The translations under genes and the position numbers were made by a program. Of a stretch of DNA of 64,000 nucleotides, positions 14,328-23,094 are shown in pieces. Numbering within the stretch: position 1 is the stretch's first letter; each line of letters opens with the position of its first letter. The DNA is from Octopus vulgaris (lineage: Eukaryota), in contig OX597818.1 of assembly GCA_951406725.2 (NCBI GenBank), positions 131,688,001 to 131,752,000 of the forward strand. Direction: 5' to 3'. The notes beneath the pieces are model-generated. The model was not told the DNA's origin, ran no database searches, and saw nothing but the letters and a program-made list of their open reading frames with translations.

Positions 14328-14767
14328 ATATATATATATATATATAATCATCATTTAAGTCCATATTCTATGCTGCCATGGTGATGTTTACTGTTGTTTA
14401 GTAATTTAACAAGCTATATATATCCTTAAGTCACTAGACAACTGAAAACATTTAGCATAAGTTTTCAAATCATGATATATAACTAGTACATTACACCTTT
14501 AGGCTACAAACCAAACTCTATCTCCCTTAACTTGTCTGGTTTTCCAAACAATTCCACACTGGTTGTAAAGATAGTGGTTAGTAATAGAAACTGAAAGCAA
14601 CTGCAAAGAAGAAAAATAAATAAAAATTTAATACCTACGCAAATGTATGAATTAATTTTTTAAAAATAATCCTGCGCATGTTAGAATATTAAAATGGAAA
14701 TAAAAATACTGTTTATATTTGTATGCATGTGTGTGAATGCATGCGTGTGTGTGTGTGTATATATATC

Positions 14768-14811
<44 letters not shown>

Positions 14812-15839
14812 CACATGAAATACTCAACCTTCCTATTCAACATTTTGATTATTGAGCAGAAATAAAAAAAGAAAGGTTATATAAAAATAGGTATACCCAA
14901 CATGTAGAATTGAAGCTAAACATGCAAAATAATAATAATAATAATAAAAAAAATAATGAAAATAATAATAATAATAATAATAAATAAATAAGAAGGGTAA
15001 CAATATAATAAATTACTGGTAGCATCAGCTGAAGAACTCATCAAGATAAGAATAAGAGAAATAGCAAAAACAAAACAGACCAAATAAAACTATATTTATT
15101 GCTTTTAAAAATGGCAGTAGAAACATATTAGCCTTAAATAGAACAGATATTGGTTATTAGAATAGACAAAAAAAAAAAAAGAAAGAAAAATTTTTAAAAA
15201 TGAAAACTCCTACAGCTATACAGCTACATCTACAGATTAGCTCTTAGAGATCTGAAGAATGAGCTCTGAATTGAAAACTAAATATTCATTAAATATGAAA
15301 ACAAAACAAAAAAAGAAAAAATGAACAAAAACAAATAACACACAAAAAAAAACAAACAGAATGTAGAAAAGTGAAAGTAAGAAGATATAAATTTTTATAA
15401 AACTGAAAGTAAAAAAAAAGGGGAGAGGAGGGGAAAGAAAAGACATGTAAATAAATGTAAGTAAAGATATTTAATCTATCAACAGAAAGAGAGAGATATG
15501 GATTTCATACGAGGAGAAGGTCCTTGTTGTATGAATTGATATGATGGAGAAAATATCAGTACATGTTTTCTTTCTGGTATTGCACTAAGAAGATGCGGCA
15601 ATTTTCTTTTCTTCACCTACGTTTAAATTTTAGCAATCCATTGATTCAGTTTTGGACCTGTAAAAATACATGCATGCATGTTCAGATATATGTATGTTTA
15701 AAAATATCTACAACAGCACATACTAAAAGCAATATTCACAAGCACTATCAGAGATATGCATGTATAGACTTGTATAGATACATAGACATGCACTAACATA
15801 AATATACAGAAAAAATTATATACATATATATATATACAT

Positions 15840-16011
15840 AGGTGCAGGAGTGGCTGTGTGGTAAGTAGCTTGTTTACCAACGACATGGTTCCGGGTTCAG
15901 TCCCACTGCGTGGCACCTTGGGCTGGTGTATTCTACTATAGCCTCAGGCCGACCAAAGCCTTGTGAGTGGATTTGGTAGACGGAAACTGAAAGAAGCCCG
16001 TCGCATATATG

Positions 16012-16042
<31 letters not shown>

Positions 16043-16243
16043 TTGTGTGTCTCTGTTTGTCCCCCTAGCATTGCTTGACAACCGATGCTGGTGTGTTTAT
16101 GTCCCCGTTACTTAGCGGTTCGGCAAAAGAAACCGATAGAATAAGTACTGGGCTTACAAAAGAATAAGTCCTGGGGTCGAATTGCTCCATTAAAGGCGGA
16201 GCTCCAGCATGGCCACAATCAAATGACTGAAACAAGTAAAAGA

Positions 16244-16300
<57 letters not shown>

Positions 16301-16906
16301 TATCTGTACATATACCACGTGTGGCTATGTGGTAAGAAGCTAGCTTCCCAACCACATGGTTTTGGGTTCAACTCCATTGCATGCACTAGCATAGCTAGAG
16401 TGTGTGCTGCCCAGGGTGGCCCTTCCTTCTCTCTGCTGTCCCTGGACCCCATGTAAAAAAATAAATTGCCTACAGTAGATCCAAAAGTGCCAACCCTTTA
16501 AAAGTGCCGTCCAGAGTGGACCATTCCTACCGCCCCCCCCCTCCCCAGCTATGCTTGTGATTGCATGGCACCTTGGGCAAGGGTCTGCTACCATAGACTC
16601 GGCCAACCAAAGCCTTGTGAGTGGATTTGGTAGATAGAAACAAAGAGAAACAAATTGTGTGTGTGTGTGTGAGTATATATTCATGTGTGTGTCTGTGTTT
16701 GTCCCCCTCACCATCGCTTGACAACCAATGCTGGTTTGTTTAGGTCCCTGTAACTTAGGAGTTCAGCAAAACAGACCAATATAATAAGTACAAGGCTTAC
16801 AAAGAATAAGTCCTGGGGTTGATTTCTTTAATTATAACATTTTAAGACAGTGCTCCACTATGGCCACAGTCAAATGACTGAAACAAGTAAAAGAATAAAA
16901 GAGAAG
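15840..16906 (+). mobile_element. Two tandem SINE B copies (15840-16244 and 16318-16906, the second holding the MITE)
   Basis: Consensus match. Confidence 0.9.
16384..16559. mobile_element. hAT-type MITE nested in a SINE
   Basis: TIRs CACTAGCATAGCTAG / CCAGCTATGCTTGTG. Perfect 8-bp TSD ATTGCATG at 16376-16383 and 16560-16567. Confidence 0.88.
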
Positions 16907-16920
16907 AATATATATATATA

Positions 16921-17107
16921 TTTAATAACAAAGGGTAAAATTAATTAATTAAGAATTAATCAATAATTTCACCAAGTAGAATTTGGCATAAAAAAAGGAC
17001 CATTTCACAGTAAACTTAAGTAGAAGAAATAGCTAAGGTTTTTTGGATGCTATTTCTAAACTTCGGTATGTTGTAGAGCAAATCTTTGCTGAACCCTAAT
17101 TATTAAG
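16921..17107. mobile_element. Short (TA)n-embedded module related to the 34.2-34.7 kb element
   Basis: Shares GTAGAATTYGGYAT, the AGAAATAGC..GCTATTTCT hairpin and TTCGGTATG. Confidence 0.5.
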
Positions 17108-17119
17108 TATATATCTATC

Positions 17120-17164
<45 letters not shown>

Positions 17165-17268
17165 AAAAAAGGAGATGTCGAACACGAGTGGTGATATATA
17201 AAAAAGGAAATGAAGAAAATGCTGACAAATAATTGAAGTAATTTAAGTAATTTAATTAGGTGAAAGTT

Positions 17269-17313
17269 CTTTTTACCGGTTGCGCATTTGTTATGCTTAT
17301 CAAAATATAAAAG
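17269..17313 (-). ncRNA. Variant minimal hammerhead-like motif in the pLTR (copies at 21740-21784 minus and 22906-22950 plus)
   Basis: UUGAUAA-GCAU-aacaa-AUGC-GCAA-CCGG-UA. U3-A8 replaces C3-G8, GCAA replaces GAAA, stem III is palindromic CCGG and stem I is weak. Confidence 0.55.
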
Positions 17314-17333
17314 AGAGATTAGAGTCTGTCTCT

Positions 17334-17545
17334 TATATGTGAAAAAAAGAGGCTCCAGAGTTGTTTGGGATTTGCTTGGTTTCGCGCCTAAAATTTTGAT
17401 TGGTCATTATGAAGGGGTCACGTGAATGTTTGAATGGAAGTTGGTGTTGGGGTAAGAAAAAAGGCTCCAGAGAAGTTAAAATTTGGCTAGTGTCCCGCCT
17501 AAAATTTCTTATTGGCCATAATAAAGAGGTCACGTGAATGTTTAG
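17334..17545 (-). promoter_or_regulatory. Putative pLTR promoter: duplicated E-box/CCAAT/E2F-like module (copy at 21805-22016)
   Basis: Two diverged ~90-bp units, each with GTCACGTGA, ATTGG and TTTCGCGCC or TCCCGCC. TATA-like CATATAAG lies just upstream of the hammerhead-like motif. Confidence 0.45.
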
Positions 17546-18024
17546 AATTTTCGAAAATAGTGTTGTTGAAAATTCTTATTGTTCAGGCTGGTCAGTAGAC
17601 GTCATGTGGATATTTTAAATAGCTTTTTAGCGCGTAGTTAGGGAGTGTATTTTCCGCTTGACTGGATAAGTAAGTTCGTTTAGAACAGGGAGAGCTGTAT
17701 GTATGTATGTGTGTGCGCGCGCGCGCGTGTGTGTGTGTTTATATGTATGTTGGGGCGCGCGCGCGTGTATATATGTGTGTGTGTGTGGGTACAATTTTCA
17801 ATATTTATAGTTCTGCTGGCCTTGTGCCTGTATCGGGAAGCAACGTATTTGTGTGAAGTCAATATTTACAGCCATTTCCAAAAAATAGTGTTGGATGTTT
17901 TGCACCCGTATTCAATTATGTGTATGTGTGGAACCATATATTTGTGTGTGTCATGGTGTTAATATCTGGGTAAAGATGTGTGTAGGGTGTGTGCAGGTGT
18001 AAGTGTGTTTGTTGTGGGTTCGTG

Positions 18025-18412
18025 TTAGGGGCATGTGTTTAGAAGTGGTCTGTATTTATTAATAAGGTGGGATTCCATGGTTATTCGCTGGGTATGAGTG
18101 GCATTGTCTTTAAATTTGTAGAGGGGAAAGATTCTAAAATTGGGATGGAGTTGTGCGGCACAGGTATCAATATGTGCACTAAATGCTATTTTTCTATATT
18201 CCTGTATTTTTATTTGGGATCTGTGGACAGTCATGCGTTGGCGGAGGCTATTTTTTGTTTGGCCTATGTAGTGTTCATTACAGCCCGAGCAAGTTAAGAC
18301 ATATACTAGGTTTTCTGATGCGCATGTGAAGTTGTGTTTTACTGTGAAACGTTGTCCTTGTTTAAAAAGGAATTCGGACCTTCTATTAGGTTGATGCATA
18401 TACCACAGTTGG
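18025..18412 (-). CDS. GIY-YIG endonuclease domain and Cys linker of the PLE, out of frame with RT through two 1-nt gaps
   Basis: NLVYVLTCSGCNEHYIGQT..RMTVH..SAH..E..YRPLLN. Adding 1 nt near 18410 and 1 nt near 18377 restores KCNRPNCGICINLIEG-x-EFLFK. Confidence 0.88.
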
Positions 18413-20377
18413 TCTATTGCATTTGTTTACTGTGGGTTTAGTTGTTGTGGTTGGCAGTACTTTGGCATTTGTTAGGATGGTTTTCAATGATTTGGGTTGC
18501 CTTTTGCTCTTTATGATTTCGTGTGTTAGGAGGATTTGGTTCATTCTATGGTCCTTTTGTAATACAGGAATGTTCTGGAGGATGGTGTCAAAAGCTTCAT
18601 TGTTGAGGGGGTTGTGTGTAGAGATGTATGGTAGAGTATGGGGTTTCGATGTAACAGGTTTAGGGCGTCTAAGTTCCTGCGTGCTGAGTTTTAGGGCGCG
18701 TTGGATCCCATTGTCAATTAGTGACGTGGGGTAATCCCTGCTTGTTAATGTGCCCTTGAGTTCTTGTAGACGTAAGAGACGGGTGTTTTTATTGGAGACT
18801 ATAGTGCAAATTCTCTTGGCTAAGTTGTAGGGAATGTTAATTTTAACGTGTCTAGGGTGGCATGAATTGAAAGGGAGGTATTGCTTGGAGTCTGTGGGCT
18901 TGTAGTATATGTCTGTTTCTATTTTTTTGTTGTGAATTTTAATGAGGATGTCGAGGAAGGGAATTTGTTGAGGGCTGTATTCCATTGTGAAAATAATGTT
19001 TGTGTTGAGCCCATTTATAAGAGTGTGAAATTCGTTAAGCTTCTCGACGGTTTCGGGCCAAAGGATGAAGCAGTCATCAAGATATCTCTTCCAGTTCTTC
19101 TCTATGTGTGTGTGGAGAGTGGTGCCAAATTGGTTAAGAACGTTATTATAGAGGGTGATTTCCAGGTATCCCATGACTAAGTTGGCGTAAGTGGGAGCTG
19201 TTTTCGTTCCCATTGCCGTCCCTGATTTCTGTCTGTAGAATTTGTTGTTGAAGGTGAAGAAATTATTCTCTAAGATGAATTTGAGTCCTTCTAAAATAAA
19301 TTCCTTTTTGATGCGGTGTGGGAGTTCGTTGGAGTAATTATCCAGCCAGAATTGGATAGCTTCTATTCCTAGGTTGTGGGGGATGTTGGAGTAAAGATTG
19401 ACTACATCGAATGTTACTAGCAGGGTTTGTTCAGCAAGAAGTGTATTGGGGAGGTGGTTGAGCATATCTAGATCGTCCCTTATGTAGCTTTTAATGTGTT
19501 TGAGGAACGGCTTGAGAAGGGTATCAATGAAGTTGCTAAGGCGGTGGGTTTCGCAAGCGGGACCTGCTATTATAGGTCTCAATTTGAGGTCATTTGGTGA
19601 GGGGACATTGATTACAGAGTTTGTGGCTTCCTTGCATGCCTTACTTATTAATTCGCTTTTATGAATTTTGGGAATACCGTAGAAGAGGCTGGTTTTACTA
19701 GTGAAATTTGTGATGAAGTTGAATTCTTTGTTAGTGAGTTCTTCTTTGTGGGGGTTGATCAGGGTTTTTAAGTTTCTCATAATTTTCTGTTGATTGTAGT
19801 GTTCAGCCTTTTCGTAATATGTTCCATTTTCCAAGGTGGAGAGTGCTAAGTTGATATAGTATTCTGTCTCCATTAAGACTACTGCACTTCCTTTATCGGC
19901 CTCTTTAATGGTGATAGATCTTTCATTTTTTAATTTGTTTAATTCTTCCCACTCTTTCTTGTTGAGGTTTGGTTTGGGTTTTGGTTTGTGTAAGTGTTGG
20001 TAGGGGAAGTTTGTAATGTGCTCACAGAATTCGTCTAGGATTTTATTTCTACCTTTTCGTGGGGTGTAGTTGCTTTTATTTCTAGCTAGTGACTCATCCT
20101 CTTTGTGCTGGTCGAATAGTTCCTCACTAAGTCGCAATTTTCTACAAAATTCTGTAATGTCTTCCTTCATTTCGTAGTAGTTTGGACGTGGGGGGGTTGG
20201 TGTGAATTTCAGACCTTTGGAGAGTAAGTTGAGAAGGTTGGGGTTGGGTTCTGTATTGGTTAAATTGATGACTTTAATTAGTTTATGTTTCTCTTCCCTG
20301 TCCTGTGTTATTTTGTTTGCCTGTATCTGTGTGCTGTGTCTAAAAAATGGTTGGGGTAGAGGGGTTGTCTGTTGGTG
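18386..20377 (-). CDS. PLE reverse transcriptase (ORF2)
   Basis: Frame is open from the TAA at 20378-20380. It contains the PLE N-terminal motif VINLTN..LLSKGLKFTPTP (upstream of the first ATG at 20170), ADKG, PKIHK, RPII, FDVVNLYSNI, GTAMGT, catalytic RYLDD, FLDI and YYKPTD. Confidence 0.93.
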   Translation of the reverse strand, partial: HQQTTPLPQPFFRHSTQIQANKITQDREEKHKLIKVINLTNTEPNPNLLNLLSKGLKFTPTPPRPNYYEMKEDITEFCRKLRLSEELFDQHKEDESLARNKSNYTPRKGRNKILDEFCEHITNFPYQHLHKPKPKPNLNKKEWEELNKLKNERSITIKEADKGSAVVLMETEYYINLALSTLENGTYYEKAEHYNQQKIMRNLKTLINPHKEELTNKEFNFITNFTSKTSLFYGIPKIHKSELISKACKEATNSVINVPSPNDLKLRPIIAGPACETHRLSNFIDTLLKPFLKHIKSYIRDDLDMLNHLPNTLLAEQTLLVTFDVVNLYSNIPHNLGIEAIQFWLDNYSNELPHRIKKEFILEGLKFILENNFFTFNNKFYRQKSGTAMGTKTAPTYANLVMGYLEITLYNNVLNQFGTTLHTHIEKNWKRYLDDCFILWPETVEKLNEFHTLINGLNTNIIFTMEYSPQQIPFLDILIKIHNKKIETDIYYKPTDSKQYLPFNSCHPRHVKINIPYNLAKRICTIVSNKNTRLLRLQELKGTLTSRDYPTSLIDNGIQRALKLSTQELRRPKPVTSKPHTLPYISTHNPLNNEAFDTILQNIPVLQKDHRMNQILLTHEIIKSKRQPKSLKTILTNAKVLPTTTTKPTVNKCNRPTVVYAST

Positions 20378-21603
20378 TTAGGAGGTCCTGTGTGTTTGTT
20401 ATATTCCTTGTTGTGAAATATGGTTCGGGTTCGTGGTTGTGGATAGAATGGGGTGTTCCTGTATTGCGGGTGTTGGTGTGTGTTTCTTTGTGTTGTGATG
20501 GATTGTGGTGATATGAGTGGCCTGCGTGGGTGCTTGTATCGAGTGGTATGGGTTTGTTGTGTATTGTGAGAGTTGAGAAAGTGAAAATTACCTTGTTGTC
20601 CCCTCGTGGTGTGGATGTTGTTGTGTCTATCCTGGTAGTGGGATCCTCTTTTATTTGTTAATAAGGTATTCGAGTAGTTGTTGAGTTGTTGTGTGTAGCG
20701 TCTCCTTGAAGAGGGAAATTCGTTAATGTAATTCTGGTGGTGAGAGTTTCCAGGGTTCTTGTTCCTCCTTATGGACGTGGGGTAAGAAGGTACATCTTCA
20801 ATATGCTGTTTCCTTCTTTTGTTCAAGGTTGGAGGGTTGGCGGAGTAGTTGTGTGGTTGGGTTCCTGGTTTTCCCATTTTTATGAACGGGTTATTGGAAG
20901 AGTAATCCGTTTTGAAAGTCGATTCATAGTTTAGGAACCAGGCGGCACTTTTTTCCCAGCGTTGTAGGGATTTTAGTTCCTCTTTGTTGCAGTCATCTTT
21001 CCATAACTTGGAGATCTTCTCTATGTGTAGGCTTTCGGCCTTGTTATTTATTACGAGGAGGATCTCTTCATCGATTGTTTTGACTCTTTCCTCATTTGTT
21101 TGGGCCCTTAATTTGAGAAGTTCAATCTCTGTTTTCAGTCTCTCTAATGCCATTCTTTCCCTAAGTCGTCTTTGAGGTTCAGGTTCATTGGGAATGGCTT
21201 TTAATTGTATTTTGCGGGGAAGAGTTAGAGGAGTAGAGTTCATCCATTTTTCGTATATCTCGGCCTTGTTGTTGTTTCTAATCATTTTCCAGAAGGAGAA
21301 CTTTCTGTCTCTGAGGGATTTGTTCCATTCTGGGATTATATGATTTTTCAGTTTGTATGAATCAATTTGACATGGTTCTTCTTTGTTTTGGGCTGGGTTG
21401 GTGGTGGTGAAAAAGGTGTGGATCGTATCACACAGAGTTTGTAGCTTATCGCCGATTTCGGAGGGTTTGTGTCCGGTAATGGTTTCCTCATTAGTAGAGT
21501 CCAATTTGTTGACTAGTACAGAGAGGTTGGTGTTGATGTTTTTGAGTTCCTGTAGGATTTCTTCGTTTAAGTTGATTAGGGTGGTTTCAGTTTTTGTAGG
21601 CAT
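20308..21603 (-). CDS. PLE ORF1, ~431 aa, two predicted coiled-coil segments and a basic N/Q/H/R/P-rich low-complexity tail
   Basis: Uninterrupted ORF (track 20308-21699). First ATG after the pLTR is at 21603 (AAAATG, MPTKTETT). Heptad-like stretches LNEEILQELKNINTNLSVLVNKL and LRERMALERLKTEIELLKLRAQTNEERVKTIDEEI. Confidence 0.75.
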   Translation of the reverse strand: MPTKTETTLINLNEEILQELKNINTNLSVLVNKLDSTNEETITGHKPSEIGDKLQTLCDTIHTFFTTTNPAQNKEEPCQIDSYKLKNHIIPEWNKSLRDRKFSFWKMIRNNNKAEIYEKWMNSTPLTLPRKIQLKAIPNEPEPQRRLRERMALERLKTEIELLKLRAQTNEERVKTIDEEILLVINNKAESLHIEKISKLWKDDCNKEELKSLQRWEKSAAWFLNYESTFKTDYSSNNPFIKMGKPGTQPHNYSANPPTLNKRRKQHIEDVPSYPTSIRRNKNPGNSHHQNYINEFPSSRRRYTQQLNNYSNTLLTNKRGSHYQDRHNNIHTTRGQQGNFHFLNSHNTQQTHTTRYKHPRRPLISPQSITTQRNTHQHPQYRNTPFYPQPRTRTIFHNKEYNKHTGPPNTNRQPLYPNHFLDTAHRYRQTK

Positions 21604-21633
21604 TTTCTGTATCTCGTGCGGGGATATGATATT

Positions 21634-22804
21634 TAAAAAAAGGAGATGTCGAACACGAGTGGTGATATATAAAAAAGGAAATGAAGAAAATGCTGACAAA
21701 TAATTGAAGTAATTTAAGTAATTTAATTAGGTGAAAGTTCTTTTTACCGGTTGCGCATTTGTTATGCTTATCAAAATATAAAAGAGAGATTAGAGTCTGT
21801 CTCTTATATGTGAAAAAAAGAGGCTCCAGAGTTGTTTGGGATTTGCTTGGTTTCGCGCCTAAAATTTTGATTGGTCATTATGAAGGGGTCACGTGAATGT
21901 TTGAATGGAAGTTGGTGTTGGGGTAAGAAAAAAGGCTCCAGAGAAGTTAAAATTTGGCTAGTGTCCCGCCTAAAATTTCTTATTGGCCATAATAAAGAGG
22001 TCACGTGAATGTTTAGAATTTTCGAAAATAGTGTTGTTGAAAATTCTTATTGTTCAGGCTGGTCAGTAGACGTCATGTGGATATTTTAAATAGCTTTTTA
22101 GCGCGTAGTTAGGGAGTGTATTTTCCGCTTGACTGGATAAGTAAGTTCGTTTAGAACAGGGAGAGCTGTATGTATGTATGTGTGTGCGCGCGCGCGCGCG
22201 TGTGTGTGTTTATATGTATGTTGGGGCGCGCGCGCGTGTATATATGTGTGTGTGTGTGGGTACAATTTTCAATATTTATAGTTCTGCTGGCCTTGTGCCT
22301 GTATCGGGAAGCAACGTATTTGTGTGAAGTCAATATTTACAGCCATTTCCAAAAAATAGTGTTGGATGTTTTGCACCCGTATTCAATTATGTGTATGTGT
22401 GGAACCATATATTTGTGTGTGTCATGGTGTTAATATCTGGGTAAAGGTGTGTGTAGGGTGTGTGCAGGTGTAAGTGTGTTTGTTGTGGGTTCGTGTTAGG
22501 GGCATGTGTTTAGAAGTGGTCTGTATTTATTAATAAGGTGGGATTCCATGGTTATTCGCTGGGTATGAGTGGCATTGTCTTTAAATTTGTAGAGGGGAAA
22601 GATTCTAAAATTGGGATGGAGTTGTGCGGCACAGGTATCAATATGTGCACTAAATGCTATTTTTCTATATTCCTGTATTTTTATTTGGGATCTGTGGACA
22701 GTCATGCGTTGGCGGAGGCTATTTTTTGTTTGGCCTATGTAGTGTTCATTACAGCCCGAGCAAGTTAAGACATATACTAGGTTTTCTGATGCGCATGTGA
22801 AGTT
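21634..22804 (-). repeat. 5' pseudo-LTR (partial tandem copy incl. EN 3' end and 3' UTR)
   Basis: Near-identical to 17163-18333 and truncated inside the EN domain. Confidence 0.95.
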
Positions 22805-23013
22805 CTTCATAATGACCAATCAAAATTTTAGGCGCGAAACCAAGCAAATCCCAAACAACTCTGGAGCCTCTTTTTTTCACATATAAGAGACAGACTCTAA
22901 TCTCTCTTTTATATTTTGATAAGCATAACAAATGCGCAACCGGTAAAAAGAACTTTCACCTAATTAAATTACTTAAATTACTTCAATTATTTGTCAGCAT
23001 TTTCTTCATTTCC

Positions 23014-23020
<7 letters not shown>
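22805..23020 (+). repeat. Inverted pLTR segment (5' fold-back)
   Basis: Reverse complement of ~21666-21885. It lacks the terminal ~30-nt tail. The junction reads TGAAG-TT-CTTCA. Confidence 0.93.
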
Positions 23021-23057
<37 letters not shown>

Positions 23058-23094
23058 CAGAGAGAGAGAGAGAGAGAGGGAGTGATACACACAC

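Larger units (their letters stand above)
17163..18333 (-). repeat. 3' pseudo-LTR copy of the PLE
   Basis: Near-identical to 21634-22804 (offset 4471). Confidence 0.95.
17163..23020 (-). mobile_element. Penelope-like retroelement (Naiad-like), full unit plus partial tandem pLTR and 5' inverted segment
   Basis: RT and C-terminal GIY-YIG ORFs. Direct repeat 17163-18333 = 21634-22804 (about 2 differences seen in 1171 bp). 22805-23020 is an inverted copy of the pLTR 3' part. (TA)n on both flanks. The ~20-aa insert between PKIHK and RPIIAGP and the terminal P-x-LN resemble Naiad PLEs. Confidence 0.93.

Noticed and set aside
15500-15665. Possible terminal exon on the minus strand (ttttacag|G TCC AAA ACT GAA TCA ATG GAT TGC TAA) followed by U-rich sequence
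   Set aside because: Only 8-10 codons, no recognisable protein and no partner exons. Needs RNA-seq.
18025-21699. Selenoprotein coding, as reported for some Naiad PLEs
   Set aside because: No in-frame UGA in ORF1, RT or EN, and no SECIS recognised.
9283-21703. Plus-strand ORFs overlapping the LINE and PLE (e.g. 9283-9807, 18417-18734, 21383-21703)
   Set aside because: Antisense shadows of the real minus-strand ORFs.
21601-21750. Penelope-type 5' intron ending at TACAG just before the ORF1 ATG
   Set aside because: Weak polypyrimidine tract and only a poor donor candidate. Not supportable from sequence alone.
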